DNA of 64,000 nt from Octopus sinensis. Taxonomy: Eukaryota. Under the pieces are notes generated by a model. That model was not told where the DNA came from, made no database searches, and worked only from the letters and a program-made list of their open reading frames with translations. Shown here piece by piece: positions 38,956 through 55,059 of this stretch. Position numbers and translations under genes: made by a program. The first letter of the stretch is position 1. Each line of letters begins with the position of its first letter. Location: positions 158,906,001 through 158,970,000 of the forward strand of contig NC_043000.1 in assembly GCF_006345805.1 (NCBI RefSeq). Reading direction: 5' to 3'.

Positions 38956-39189
38956 TAAAATATAAACACAAGAAGCAAAGAAAGGATTATAGTAACTAAT
39001 TACTTTTCTCTTCACACATCTACCGAACAGCTACAAAATTACCAAGCGTTTCTGAAGTCTAGAGAAATGAATAAATGCGCATACATCTTGTGTTATCGGC
39101 AACTATTTCGAGAAATATGCACAAGAATGCATTTTTTCAGTAATTCTCTGTACCACAGAATATGACTATTGATTCTTGGACGCTTTGTA

Positions 39190-39248
<59 letters not shown>

Positions 39249-39539
39249 GTATGCATATGTATGTATAAACCTTGTGTTTACAATCCAATATCACTTTAAC
39301 AATAAAATATGGAGTAATCAAACTAGTTTCAGGCTAGCAGTAGAATTTCTTTTGCGACTGAGTATTAAACAGGTAAGATGATAGGTTTAGCTTCTCTCAA
39401 TATCTCTCCGTCTTTCTCTATCACACACACTCTCTCTCTCTCTCACTCGTTCTTTCTCTTCCTCAAGTTCTACCCTCATCATATACATGTGCATACCTAC
39501 ACACATATATAGATAGAAAAATATGTAAATACATGTACG

Positions 39540-39601
<62 letters not shown>

Positions 39602-39602
<1 letters not shown>

Positions 39603-39771
39603 GAGTGGCTGTGTGGTAAGTAGCTTGTTTACCAACCACATGGTTCCGGGTTCAGGCCCACTGCGTGGCACCTTGGGCAAGTGTCTTCTACTATAGCCTC
39701 GGTCCGACCAAAGCCTTGTGAGTGGATTTGGTAGACGGAAACTGAAAGAAGCCCGTCGTATATATGTATAC

Positions 39772-39810
<39 letters not shown>

Positions 39811-40020
39811 GTGTGTGTGTGTTTGTGTGTTTGTCCCCCTAGCATTGCTTGACAACCGATGCTGGTGTATTTATGTCCCCGTTACTTAGCGGTTCAGCAA
39901 AAGAGATTGATAGTATAAGTACTGGGCTTACAAAGAATAAGTCCCGGGGTCGAGTTGCTCGATTAAAGGCGGTGCCCCAGCATGGCCGTCGTCAAATGAA
40001 TGAAACAAGTAAAAGAGTGA
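39602..40020 (+). mobile_element. Full-length SINE family A
   Basis: Aligns with 17122-17531. Confidence 0.92.
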
Positions 40021-40025
40021 AATAG

Positions 40026-40057
<32 letters not shown>

Positions 40058-40703
40058 TGAAAAGAGTGAAAGAGTATATATATATATATATAAATATTTG
40101 TGTATATACGTGTATGCGTGTGCATGTATGTATATGTGGATATGAATATGCTTATGGATATACATATATTTGTGTATACCTATGTTTTCAACACCCGCTG
40201 CAGCACCCAGTTTACTTTCTTCTGCATTGTTTGAAACACTTATAGAAAAGCCGTTATAGTTAAGCACTACCGTCAATCACATTCACACGCCGTAAGAGGA
40301 GCCTTGCATAAAATATATTTTCTAGCACCTAACTACCCAACCATTCATTGAAATTAACTCAGCCAACTGATGATGCCTAAGACCTTTTCACTTGCGTTTA
40401 TCTGCTGTTGTAAATCTAATTACACAGAAAGCAACAGCAAATTAGTTGGCCTGGATTTCAAGTTGCTACTACCAACGATAATCGCCTTAATGCTTACGTA
40501 AGCAATGCTTTAATTACCGCAAGAAATTTCGAAAGCTCATTAGATTTTTATTCGTTTTCTTAATACGAAAATGTAGCTAAGTGTTGAGGTGTGAACGTAA
40601 GTGGTGCAAAGAGGAAAAAAATAACTTTTAGGAATGTGACATGTTCATATATAAGCATATATACAAACCTACAATACACCCATATGTGTGTATATATATA
40701 CAA

Positions 40704-40780
<77 letters not shown>

Positions 40781-41017
40781 ATATATTATATTATGTACAT
40801 ACATAAATGCATGTACATATACGTATATATATATATATACATACATATATAAATATGTGTATGTAGTTTGTAGTATGTATATGTATATAATTTATGTATG
40901 CGTACAAACACACACATATGTATGTTGAGCCACTTATTTATTGTGGTTAAAGTAAATACATTATAAGAGGCAAAACTTTCGGTCATTCATTCGTTGAGAC
41001 CATTGCGTTTAAAAAGC

Positions 41018-41098
<81 letters not shown>

Positions 41099-41629
41099 CT
41101 GCGCGCACGTGTGTTTGTGTAGATTGTTTGTGTTGGTGCATGAATTTTAAATATTAAGGAAAAGGAGGTTTTCGGGATTTGGAAAAGACATATTCGGTTA
41201 GCGCTTTCGTCCCTTTTAGGGATTCAGTATGAATAATTTTTTATAACTTCTATATATGAGTTGAATTCGTTTCCTTTGGTGTAGGGATGAAGATGTTTTG
41301 GGAGAGATTGATATGTTCTTTGTAATTTTCAATCTGTGCGTGCGCATGTGTGAGTGCGTATGTATGTGTGTCTACGTATGAATGAGATGCAAGGTTTTGG
41401 AGGCTAGATCAAATGGAGAAAACCTAAAAGAAAGAATTGAAGCAAACATTTTGATTTTCCTTTTCTCTCTAATCAAGCCTTAAAATTTTCATCACACGCA
41501 TGCGTACACACACATATATACACATGCATATAGATTTACAATAAAAAAGTACATCAATCACCTCCAAAACATCTCCTCAAAACCGAAAGAAACGAAGTGA
41601 ACTTCAGATCTTTTTCCACTAACTCGCAT

Positions 41630-41760
41630 GTATATAAACCGTGTGGCTTGGAACCGCTGGAATACGCAGAATGGCGCTCGAAAATGAAGGGGTGTTCACT
41701 GGAAAAGAACAGCTGGTATCACAGTACATCTCCAGCGATGGAAGCTGTGCAAAGACAATA
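41630..41760 (+). mobile_element. Extreme 3' end of a second Dong-like family (B)
   Basis: TVWLGTAGIRRMALE resembles the terminal LLGTARILR..L motif; a short UTR and (AAT)/(GAT)n follow. Confidence 0.55.
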
Positions 41761-41767
41761 AATAATA

Positions 41768-41822
<55 letters not shown>

Positions 41823-41854
41823 CGATGATGATGATAATAGTAATAGTAATAATG

Positions 41855-42836
<982 letters not shown>

Positions 42837-43009
42837 TAATAATAACAAATAATAATATCAAATCGTACTGATACAATACAATATCCCACCCACCAAAGAA
42901 ATGCAGCACACACCACCCCCACCAGCACAAAAGTGCGACAAATAATGCAATGAAAATTTCATTGAAACTATGAGATGTCGAAAAATGATAGATTTTGGTG
43001 ACGAACTTT

Positions 43010-44520
43010 ACCTTGCCTCAGATTAAAAGAGACAGGAGTTGCCGAAGGAAAACACTGGCTGTAACAGCTAAAATGTTGCAGAACCTTTAAGGGAATGTCT
43101 TTCGCTCAGCAGTGGTTCAGTAACGAATACAGCATCAACAGATAATAGAATAAAGAGGCGGAAGTGGACCGGCGAAGAAAACAGGATAGTGATTCAGTGC
43201 TACTTAGAAAGTGCACCAAAAGAGGGTCCTATAGAGAATGGATGTTAACACTTTGGGTAGAGAAGGACATGTTTAAAGAGGCTGAGCAGAGATTAGTTGA
43301 TTCGCTAATACTATTAGGAGAAGAAAGTGGATGATAGAAATGGAGATCGAAGAGATCATAAGAGAATTGGAAAGGAAAGACCAGGAAGTAGGAAAGACAA
43401 ACAACAACATAAGAGATACAGCTCAAACTAAAGAAGAGCCAAAAGAAAAAAAATAACAATAGTGCTACCAATAAGGAAGGGACAACTGGCGCCAGCGACT
43501 TAAGTGATTTAATTAAGTGAGGAAGATCAGAAGATTTTAGATGAGTTACAAGAAGTAAGGAGTAAAGTAGTAAGAAAACGTTTGTCAGCATTAAAAGACG
43601 CCAATAGAAGGAAGCAGCTAGAAATATCTGGGAAAGTAGATTCTGCTATCAATAGGATAGATACTAAAAATGTAGGAGACACTAACTTATTGACATATGC
43701 ACGAGACGCTGCATTCACCAGAAGATTAAATATCTCAGGGAAAGATTAAAAAAGAGCAAATGTGGAAAAGGAGATTACAAAATAAAGTGAAGACTTTATG
43801 ACAAGATCTTAGTAGAATAGAAGCGTAGAAAAAAAATACAAGTTCGGAAACACAAGATGCAAATCTTCCCTCAGAAAACATACTTAGTGAAAGCGAAAAG
43901 ATTTGGGGCAGTAACAGAAGAGTTGAAGCAACGTATCATAGCAATAGCAGGTAAGCTCTCCAGATATCAGAAAAGAATAGATCAGTATCAACAGAACAGA
44001 TTATTTGAGACAGACCAGAGGAGATTTTATAATCAAATAAATTGGAGAACGAAATACTGGAGATGGAAAAACCTGAGACAGAAGAACCTAGAAAGTTCTG
44101 GGGTAATATTTGGGATACATCAGTCAATCATAATGCGGATACAGTATGGTAAAAGAAAGTGAGGGAAGAAGTAGTGAGTGAGAAGCAGCGAGATCTAAAA
44201 TTCATTTGTGCATTAATGAGTAGAGTGTTAGGAAAATTGCCGAATTCGAAGGGCCCATGACCAGATTTAGTTCAAGTGTACTAGCTAAAGAAATTCAGTA
44301 GTTTACATGGGAGGCTAAGGGAACAGCTGCAGGTTTGCCTTAATGGAGGAATAATATCAGATTGAATGACTAGAGAGGGAGGACAATACTCATTATGAAA
44401 TATAAGAGCAAGGGTAATGCAGCTAGCAACTGTAGACCAATCAATTGGTTAGCTTTAGTGTGGAAGCTACTAACAGGAATGCATTCAGAAAGCATTTAAG
44501 AGTACCTTGACAACCAGAAT
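43010..44520 (+). mobile_element. Old R4/Dong LINE (family C), N-terminus to start of RT, heavily decayed
   Basis: KRRKWTGEENRIVIQCYLES...[91 protein letters not shown]. Confidence 0.85.
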
Positions 44521-45109
44521 ATGAGCCACATATTGTGTCAGGTAGAGGCAGTGAGAGTGAGAGTAAGAGAGAGTGAGACAGAGAAAGAAAGAGTGTACGT
44601 GTCCGTTTGTAAGTGTGCGCGCGTGTATGTGACCATTTGTTACTATAGTGAGATAGTGGTATCCGTAGTCGTGCTCCTCAGTTTAGTGAGGTTTAGAACT
44701 TGTGTTTATCTTGAGAATTCTAGTTACATTCGGTTCATGTTCAAGAAGGAATGCAATAATTGTGTTTCATTGTACTTTTGAAAGAGACGGAATTGGTATA
44801 ACCACATTGGTACTTGTTTTCATTTTGAAGTCTTTAGAAATACGGATTCAGTATGGTTTTTCCTCATACAATAATTCTTATGTTTGAATAGTAACAATGA
44901 AATTTAGAAGATATCTTTATTGCCAGTGCGAGCAATGTTGGACCGGAGAACAACATGTACAAAAGGAAGAGTGTTGTGAGAATAAGATCGAAGCATGGTG
45001 TAAACTAATGTTGATAGAGATTTTATGAGAGACGGCATCACTAGATCAAGCCGTGGTGCTGTAATACAATTAGAAAACCGCGATCCATGAAAGCGGGTGA
45101 CATATACAT

Positions 45110-45335
45110 TTCTTTACTACCCACAAGGGGCTAAACACAGAGGGGACAAACAAGGACAGACAAACGGATTAAGTCGATTATATCGACCCCAGTGCGTAAC
45201 TGGTACTTAATTTATCGACCCCGAAAGGATGAAAGGCAAAGTCGAACTCGGCGGAATTTGAACCCAGAACGTAACGTCAAACGAAGTACACGCATTTCTC
45301 CCGGCGTGCTAACGTTTCTGCCAGCTCGCCGCCTT
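45110..45335 (-). mobile_element. Full-length SINE family B with ~16-bp TSD
   Basis: Reverse complement of the 35261 type. AAGCGGGTGA(C/T)ATATA at 45091-45106 and 45336-45351. Confidence 0.9.
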
Positions 45336-46207
45336 AAGCGGGTGATATATATATCCCATAAGTGTGCAGTTCTACCAATGCATTTGATATACACTGTTGA
45401 AGGAGTGACCTTGTTACATGCAATTACTGCTGGATAAACTTAGTATTGGTGTAAATCTGAATATGACAGCCTAAGTATTTCAGTTTCACATGCTTCTATT
45501 TTGCGGAATGAAAGTACCGTAGATGTAAGCGTAGACTATAATTAGCTTCAGTGTATCCAAACTATCATCAGGTGCGAACGTTGATATAAGTAAATAAATA
45601 AAATTAATATATCTAATTTAGATATCTTTCTCTGTATATACCACTTATCTTTCTCTCTATATATATACTTCTCTCTCTACTTCTATCTATCTCTTTCTCC
45701 CTCTCTCTCTCTGTTTTTCTTTCTGTGTGTCTTCACTCACAAGGATAAATCACATGCTCATGTAACCATAAACAATTCGATCATTATTCTGTCATTTGCT
45801 GGCCATTACGTTTCTTGCACAAATTTTTTAAGATATCTTTCTTAGCTCTACGTGACAATTTACTTAGAAATGGATCTATTCAAACTAAAGCCACCTGTGG
45901 CTATTAATCATATTATTTTAATGGAATGAACCGAGTAAATAGTGTTTCTTTGCTAATAAATAATACTACCTCTGGCAACGATAAGTAACAAATAAAAACC
46001 GCAATGGAAAACAAATATGAACGAGAGATGCAGTAAGACCATACGAAACACACGTACACACACATACATGTAGATAAATGATCATGCGCACACATGTCTG
46101 TGCATTTACGAGGGTAAATAATAATAGAGAAAGATATCACAAGCAACTAATATTACCTTTATGGACTTGTATACCTATTAAATGGAAGAATATATATGTA
46201 TGTGTAT

Positions 46208-46273
<66 letters not shown>

Positions 46274-46401
46274 GTATATAAATATATATATACTTGTACA
46301 TCATCTCCAAACCTTCCATATATCTATATATTTGTATATGTATACATGTATATGTATATATGTATATATGTATATATATGTTATCTATTATTTGTATATG
46401 T

Positions 46402-46445
<44 letters not shown>

Positions 46446-47152
46446 ATCTATATATATATATATATATAAATGTATATGTGTGTATATAATACATAATCTA
46501 CATGCATACATAATATGCATACATGAAATTACCTTTAAGGAATGATGAAGCGACGCTCTAAATGTATACGTTATTATTTGTGGCTATTCTTAATTGAAAT
46601 ACGCTGTTAAAACCTATGCATTTCCAGATCCATTATACGTTTCATTATATGTTCTAAAGTGGATACCTAAAATACGCAAATACATATGCCAATTAGGAAC
46701 TTGTTACAATCCAGTCATTCTGAATCATTTCGTACGTTGGATCGTATGAAACGGATAGTATAGTAAGATAGTATGTGAGCTACTAGTATGTCGAGTTCTT
46801 TACTTGTTTTCTGTTCCCAATTTAATGTTGATTCTTCGTTTACATACGTCATTTTATTGAGGGGAAATATGTACGCCACGAATTGTATTTAATCTATCTT
46901 TTAAAATCATGATAGTTTTGATCGTCTTCTAGTCGCCGCTAGCTGTATTTAAATATAAAGGAACTTTTGATAGGTACCTCAAGTTTTCCAAATATATGGT
47001 TATGAACTTCTTCGCTACATTGTAAATAAATATCATATTATATAGAAGCACTAATTCAAAAGATGTCATTAAATCTATACATATGCTACCATTGAAACAA
47101 TTTATCTCACCTGACTAACTGTAACAAATGCGATTGCATTACCTTACCTCTG

Positions 47153-47199
<47 letters not shown>

Positions 47200-47809
47200 T
47201 GTAATCATGCTACGTACCTCATATCAATAACGCAAATAGTCTGTGAATGAGGAAACTACTAAGGAAAAACTTAACATTTCAAGACACAAATGAAGACGTT
47301 TCTATGGATCAAAGTAGAAAAAAAATAATGTTTGAACATCAAGAAGTCATTTCAAAGCAAGAGAAGGAATAAAGTGCAAGAAGTAGACATATGAAAAAAT
47401 AGACTGATGCTTGGTCTCTGAGGAATGACCAATAGCGTACGTCAGAGTAGATATTGAGAATTTACTATGTGCCCAACATATGATGTGTCACCCTAAAGCG
47501 CACACCATCTTGTGATGGACTGCCACCTTAAATGCCAAGTGAATTTGAAACACACCCTGCATTAGTAAAGGCATATAAGTAATTGATTTCGAATTCGAAT
47601 TTTGGGTTATTAGACACGCCATACGACACAACAATTCCTAAAAGTTAATTGAAATCCACATGTTCTGTGTGCATCCCATACATGTCTAGCAGATAGAATG
47701 TTAATGCTGTTCGCATAATATACTAAATCTCATGCATATATTTGAGTGGTAGATAACACTTGATATAAATTTAGCCTATAAATATGGCGTACAAAGAGCA
47801 AAGTCGTGA

Positions 47810-48208
47810 TATGAGAAAATTCTTGAAGAAGTCAACGATAATGAGAATTGCAAAATCCTGTGGGATGCAATTATTCTGTGCGATCACCTGCCCAGACATC
47901 GGAAAATGTATATTGTTGTGTTGAATAGAAAAGAAAGAGCATGTACGATAATGGACATAGCATGCCCCGGCGATAACAGGATCTATGTGAAAGAAGGAAA
48001 CATAAACATCTTTGAGCTATTGGAAATAGGAGATACGAAGTTTGTGGTCATCAAAGAGAAAAGACGTGATACAAAGAGTAAATGGCGCACTCAGAAGTAT
48101 CAGCGCTCAAATATGAACATGGCTGAAAAAAAGTGTCACCTTAGTCTGCTGGCTGTGGACAGCTGACACTTTCCATCATACCCAACAAAATAAGCTGTGA
48201 GTTTTCAT
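47810..48208 (+). mobile_element. Decayed Dong-like 3' end (restriction-like endonuclease and UTR), possibly the 3' end of the 43010 element
   Basis: NENCKILWDAIILCDH..RHRK.YIVVLNRKERACTIMDIACPGDNRIYVKE, followed by (TAA)n at ~48210. Confidence 0.7.
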
Positions 48209-48272
48209 ATATAATAATAATAATAATAATAATAATGATAATAATAATAATAAGAAGAAGAAGAATAATAAT

Positions 48273-51076
48273 GAGCAGGAGTACCACCACCCAAACAAAC
48301 CCTGTGGATAAATAACATCCAAAACAAAATTTAAAAAATTAGAAAAGACCTGTCGATTCTTAATGAAATCAGCAAACAATCAACGCTACTGAGCAACAAA
48401 AAGAGAACAAAAATGCTCCGCAAATTTAACATCACAGAAAAAGATTTGCCGGAGATAAAAGAAAAGCTGAAGCAAGATATCCTTGCCAAAGCTCAAAGGA
48501 TCCGCCGGTACGAGAAACGCCAACGCTTCTTTGAACAGAACAAAAAGTTCTACCAAGAACTGGGAAACAATAAAATAGAAGTCACTACAGCACCAACGGC
48601 AGAAGAATTGGAAGAATTCTGGAGAGAAATATGGTCGGCGAACGAACAGCCAAAAAAAAGGAGTATCAAAATAACAAACTCGGCATCTGAACAACTTTGG
48701 ACCCCCATAACAACTGAAGAGGTCACCCAGGCACTGCAAAAACTAAGCAACTGGAAGGCACCTGGGCATGACAAGATCCCCAACTTCTGGTTGAAATATC
48801 TAACAGGAATGCACAAAAGCTGGCTGAAAACTTTAACAGCATACTAGCAGAGCCAGAGACAATGCCTGAATGGCTCACGAAGGGGAAAACCATCTTAATT
48901 CCCAAATCAAATGAAACAGCAAAACAAACTACAGACCAATAACCTGCCTCCCTACTATGTCAAGGCATTTACTGCAGTGATATCGCAAAGGCTGAACAAG
49001 CACCTGAACGAAAACAAACTGTTCCCAAGGCTCATATGTCTGTAAAGATCAACTAATGATTAATAAAGCCGTAACTGAAGACAGCCACAGAAAGAAGAAA
49101 GGCCTCAGTATGGCCTGGATTGACTACAAAAAGGCATTTGATAGCATCCACCCATGGATCCTCGAAACACTAGCCATTAACAAAGTAGCACCAACAATCA
49201 TAAAATTCATAGAGCACTCTATGAATAAATGGCAAACAGTCCTACACCTCCAAACAAAAGAGGACTCATGAAAACCAAAGACATCCTCATTAGGAGAGGA
49301 ATATTCCAGGAGACACGCTCTCTCCACTCCTTTTCTGCTTGGCACTGTCACCTCTATCTGATATGCTAAATAGAACTGGATGCGGGTATAAATGTTACGG
49401 CAAAACGATCAGCCACCTTTTATATATGGATGACCTAAAACTATACGCTGCAAATGACAAACAGCTGGAAACACTATTAAAGACAGTTCATGGATTTACC
49501 AAAGAAATAGATATGAAATTTGGATTAGAAAAATGCGCCAAAGTAACCATGAAAAGAGGAAAACTAGTTAAGAGTAACAACATCACACTAGATAAAACCA
49601 ATGAAATAAAAGAATTAGACCAAAGCCAAACTAACAAATACTAGAGTAATCCATGAACTAGATAAGACACAACACACACAAATGAAAGAGAAAATAAAAA
49701 AAGAATATTATAGACGAGTTAGATCAATACTAAAAAGAGCTCAATGCTAAAAACAAGATAATAGGTATCAACACTTTAGCTGTCCCAGTTATAAGTTACA
49801 GCTACAATATCCTTAACTGGACACGAAATGAACTGTCCAAAATAGATAGGAAAACAAGAAAAATACTGACAGGATCTAGGATGCATCACCCAAAATCTGA
49901 CATAGAAAGACTATATATACAACGTATAGAAGGTGGTAGAGGCCTTATACAGCTAGAAAACTACTATAAAATAACCACCATAGGACTGCAAAAATATCTA
50001 CTTCAGAAGGAAGGAAAACTGATCCAGATAGCAGCAAAACACGAGCAAAACAAAAAAACTGTTCTCAGTATTTAAGGAAGCTGACAAATACAAACAAGAA
50101 ATCATACCACCTAATAAACATGAAGAAGAAGAAGAAGATGATGAAGAAACAACAAAGCTATAAAACAGATGAAATCCAAACTAAAATAGAACAGCAACGA
50201 ACCATGATAAAATGATGGCAAGAAAAGCCCCTTCATGGTAAATACTGCACTAAACTAAACGCAAACGAAATAGACAAAGAAAAATCCCAGCAATGGTTGA
50301 GAAGCTCAGGACTCAAGCAGAGACAGAGGGATTTTTAATTGCAGCACAAGACAAAGCCTCCCCACCAGAAATTACCAAAAACAAGTAATGAAAAGAAATA
50401 TTACAAGTAACTGCAGAATATGTGGAGATGGACAAGAAACAATAAATCATATTATCTCTAGCTGCCCAGTCCTGACTAAGAAGGAATATATTCACAGACA
50501 TGACAGAGTTGGAACCTACATACACTGGAAGCTATGCCAACATTATGGAATAACAACAGAAAAAAGATGGTATAGGCACACACCACCAGAAAAGGTCACA
50601 GAAAACGAGAAAGCACCATACTCTGGGATATGCCGATACACACAGATAGAGAAATTAAGGCCAACAGACCAGATATAGTTGTCAGAGATCATGAAGAAAA
50701 AAAAATGCTTTCTAATTGATGTATCAATACCGGCAGATGACAACGTGTCTCTAAAAGAAATGGAGAAATTCTCAAAATACAAAGACCTGGAAATAGAGGT
50801 AACTAGAATGTGGAACCTGAAAACAGAAACAATTCCTATCATAGTAGGTGCATTAGCATGATAAAAAATATTCAGAAAAATACATAACAAAAACACCAGG
50901 ACTTACAAACACATATAACATACAGAAAATTGCACTACTAGGCACTGCACACATCCTACGCAGAACACTTTCCATACAATAACCATCAGAGCATCACAAC
51001 AAATCACAGCACATACCCAAGGCACACAGAGCTGCGCTCGGTAGTGAAGTGAAAGCAGGCTATAAAAATAAAACTA

Positions 51077-51079
<3 letters not shown>
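48273..51079 (+). mobile_element. Young R4/Dong LINE family A, ~2.8 kb, 5'-truncated, frameshifted RT-CCHC-RLE ORF
   Basis: NWKAPGHDKIPNFWLK, YRPITCLPT, KDQLMINK, MAWIDYKKAFDS, LSPLLFCLAL, SHLLYMDDLKLY (YMDD 49423-49434), FGLEKC, MHHPKSDIERLY, CRICG..ETINHIISSC, LIDVSIP..KYKDL; (TAA)n tail 51080-51123. Confidence 0.97.
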
Positions 51080-51124
<45 letters not shown>

Positions 51125-51132
51125 TATCATAA

Positions 51133-51325
51133 TTTTGGCACAAAGCCAGCGATTTTATGGGAGGAGTTAGTCAGTACCATTGACTACAGTGCTTACCTAG
51201 TACTCTCGTTCTTCGATGAATAATAAATTTGATCTCGGTGAGATTTGAACTGAGAGTGTAGATAGCCAGAACAATACCATAAAACGTTTTGTCCTATGCT
51301 CAAACAATATTACCAACCCACCACC
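51133..51325 (-). mobile_element. Degraded SINE family B
   Basis: GGCACAAAGCCAGC tail and GATTTGAACTGAGAGTGTA head similar to 19398-19612. Confidence 0.55.
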
Positions 51326-52572
51326 CGTAATTTCTGAATTCGGAAACAAGGCCAGTTATATATTTCTTCACGCTTGCTACAATGGTTAGACATTGGTTCT
51401 GTCTTTAACTGCGAATGCTCTCCATATAAACTCACACATTTATCAGATGCTGATTCGCATTAAACATATCACAAGTTTTAACTTAACATGGATGTCTTGT
51501 TCGATTGCCGAATACTACGGTATTAGCTTCTGGTGCCCTCTAGTATAGGTGGATGATTAAAAAAAGCGTTGAGATATAATGCAACAGATGGGAATCGTTA
51601 TGGGCGCCGATTCTCGTCTGTTAAGATTTATATCTTTGCTCTTATGTACCATGCACCTACAGGAGGGGGCTTGCAAGATTTAAACTGTAGTATTTAGCGA
51701 TTTAAGAAGACATGCCCGTGGAGTTGGATATAATACGAATACTATTTCCAACGCTTAACTTTCTGTCATAGCTGGTTTACCTACACCTTCTCTGTAAACA
51801 TCAATGGGGAGAGGGCTTGTAACGAATATCAGCTATACTTTCTCTCATCATACTAACTTCAATACTGTAATGTAATAAACACTACCTTCTTTCACTGTGT
51901 AATTTGGTTATTTATGAAACTTTATAATATAATGCAATTAAAAAGAAATAAATATGATTTCTAATATTCCTTAAGGCGACAAGCTATGAGAAGAAGCATT
52001 ATTTATCCTCGTAAATATATTTCATCCATTTCGACAGGTTGATGGGAAATTTAAACCCCAAACCACTCTGTGACGAAACAAAATATTTGAGGACAGTTCT
52101 GTCTATTCTTTAACAAACTACTTAGTGAGAAGTACGTTCAAGAAAATAATAAAAATAGATCTTCTCACATTTTATTTCAAAATAATATCTTGCACTTTTT
52201 TTTCTATAATCTGTTACCATTGAAAATATGTACTATAATAGAAACAAATAGCTGGTCTGAATATATTAAAATCCTCGCTATGTACAGTGTACATTTTTCA
52301 TTAGCATTTACTCATACGGAACGGTACTATCATACTTAAATAACGAATTAATATTCAAGAATTCAGATTAAAACAGCTCAGAAAATTCATAAAGTATATA
52401 AACAATTTGTTACATACCATTAATTTAACGGAAAACGTGGTGTCAACTCTTAACATATATCCTGTATTGTCATAACATATAGACATAAATCTTATTCAGA
52501 ATATACGTATGCATTGTGAGTTTACATTACAAAGAAACGAACACACACACTTACATACATATATGTGCACCC

Positions 52573-52639
<67 letters not shown>

Positions 52640-52672
52640 TGTGTGTGTTTGTGTGTTTGTTTGCTTGTGTGA

Positions 52673-52998
52673 AGGCGCATGGCTCAGTGGTTAGAGCGTC
52701 GAGCTTACGATCGTGAGGTTGTGAGTTTGATTCCCGAGCGGGCTGTATGCTTTGTCCTTGAGCAAGACACTTTATTTCACGTTGCTCCAATTAACTCAGC
52801 TGTAGAAATGAGTTGTGACATCACTGGTGCCAGGCTGTTTCGGCCTATGCTTCCCTTGGATAATATCAGTGGTGTGGAGAAGGGGGCTGGTATGCATAGG
52901 CGACTGCTATCCTTCCACAAATAATCTTGCCCGGATTTGTGCCTTGAAGGGTAACATTCTAAGAGCATTTCCACGGTCATTCATGACCGAAGGGGGTC

Positions 52999-53000
<2 letters not shown>
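52673..53000 (+). mobile_element. Full-length tRNA-derived SINE family C
   Basis: A box TGGCTCAGTGG, B-box-like GTTTGATTC, body CCTTGAGCAAGACACTTTATTTCACG, tail hairpin GGTCAT-TC-ATGACC; homologous to 885-1150. Confidence 0.9.
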
Positions 53001-53062
<62 letters not shown>

Positions 53063-53962
53063 TGTGTGTGTGTGCGTGTGTGTGTGTTAAAAATGTGAGA
53101 CAACAAAGCCAAGACTGTGTGGAATTTTCATGAAATTCGTAAACATAAAGTTAGACTTAGAGCTGTTTCTGGAATATCTCTAATATCCCAGAAACAGCTG
53201 TAAGACTAACTTTCTCTTTATAAATGTCCTGAAAATTATACACACCCTTGGCGTCGAGGTCTCACTTTATTTAACATATACATGCTCATACAATACCCTC
53301 ATTAGACTTCTCACTCGTATCATTATCGAACCGAGAGTTTAAGGATTTAATTACGGTCTTTCCATATCATTTACATAGAGTTACCTACTACCTTGGGTTT
53401 TCTGGATACTAATAGCTAGCATATATATATATATAAAACTTACTTGAAAGAAGATGACACGGGCGTTCGATCATATAATAACAATTTATTAAATAAAACC
53501 ATTGCATATATACATACATATATGTACATGCCTACATCTATATGTATATATACATGCATACATGGGTTCAGGACACCATAAATAAACGTAGAACACAACG
53601 AGAAACGAAAACATAAAAACAAAACAAGGAAACGGACTTTTCTTAACAACGAAAAACAAAGTACAAGACAAACAGCACAAAGAACATTCCCCTTCTTCAG
53701 CTGCCCCTGTTTTGACTCATTGCGTGTTTCGAAGGTAAGAGCAGAACACGACTACTTTGAAACAGCCCTTCCCGCAAAGCGAATTAAATGAATTTTTTCT
53801 TGCGGAGGGGTAAAAAAGGTGACAAGTACAGAACGTAAAAGCAATACAAATACAGAAAAAAAGGCAGTACAAATAAAGGTAAAAATGGTAAAAGACAGGA
53901 CAAGGAAACCAACAATAAGGGTTTTTTCAAGCCTAGACGGTGGAAATATCCATTTGAACGCA

Positions 53963-54100
<138 letters not shown>

Positions 54101-54870
54101 ATGATAGATACAAATGTCCACACTGGATGCTGACGTGTAAACAGAGTAAAACAAAGATCGTATTACCGTTCATTTATATATTATGAAGCCATTTTTAATA
54201 TAAGTAAATCTGATTTCCATTTGAGAAGTTGCTTATACAAAAGTATGAAAGTTAAACTCATCTGGCACAGTTTCAGAATGCATTTTAAATTCAGAAATGG
54301 AGAAATGTCGTTTTTCATCTCGTCAGTGGTGTAAAACATAATAGGATAAATAGACGAGATACTTACTCGGCATAATACAAATACAGTCGAACAATTTCTG
54401 AAGGGGGGATGGGCTAATTCTTAACATGTTGCACTCACGATCACGAGATTGTGATTTCAATTCTTGGACCGACTGGTGTGTTGTGCTCTTCAGCAAAACA
54501 CTTCATCCACGCCCGACTTTGAGCAAGAAATTGCACAACCGTCCTCCTCAGACTACGAGAGACTAGTATCATTCAGCTAGACTATCTTACACGCAATACA
54601 AGTCGTTGAAGCAACATCTTTATTCATAAACAATTTATATCCTCAATGACAAAATTAAAATTAAATGCTAAAAATGCATATATAAATCCATGATATAGAT
54701 AAATTAGGTATTCAGTCACAGAATACTCTGCACTGGGTTTAATCTTGACAGATCAACACCACATTCTGACTAATGGATTAATCCTCAGAGAAATATGAAT
54801 TCAAAAAATTACAATTAAACAGACACGCACATACATATATAGATACGTGTGTGTATAACATATGTGGATG

Positions 54871-54910
<40 letters not shown>

Positions 54911-54985
54911 CATACATATACATACACATATATATATGTATGTATATATATATATATTATATACATATATATATATATTATATAT

Positions 54986-55059
<74 letters not shown>

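Noticed and set aside
40180-40276. Minus-strand protein-like stretch VVLNYNGFSISVSNNAEESKLGAAAGVENI with a possible donor
   Set aside because: In-frame stops immediately upstream and no polypyrimidine acceptor
52673-52745. tRNA-like sequence with A and B boxes (similar heads at 17122, 35261 and others)
   Set aside because: No acceptor-stem pairing, and it continues into a repeated SINE body; it is a SINE head, not a tRNA gene
53680-53745. Minus-strand GAAAC...CTGAAGA suggesting a type II hammerhead
   Set aside because: Stem I cannot form and stem II would overlap the core
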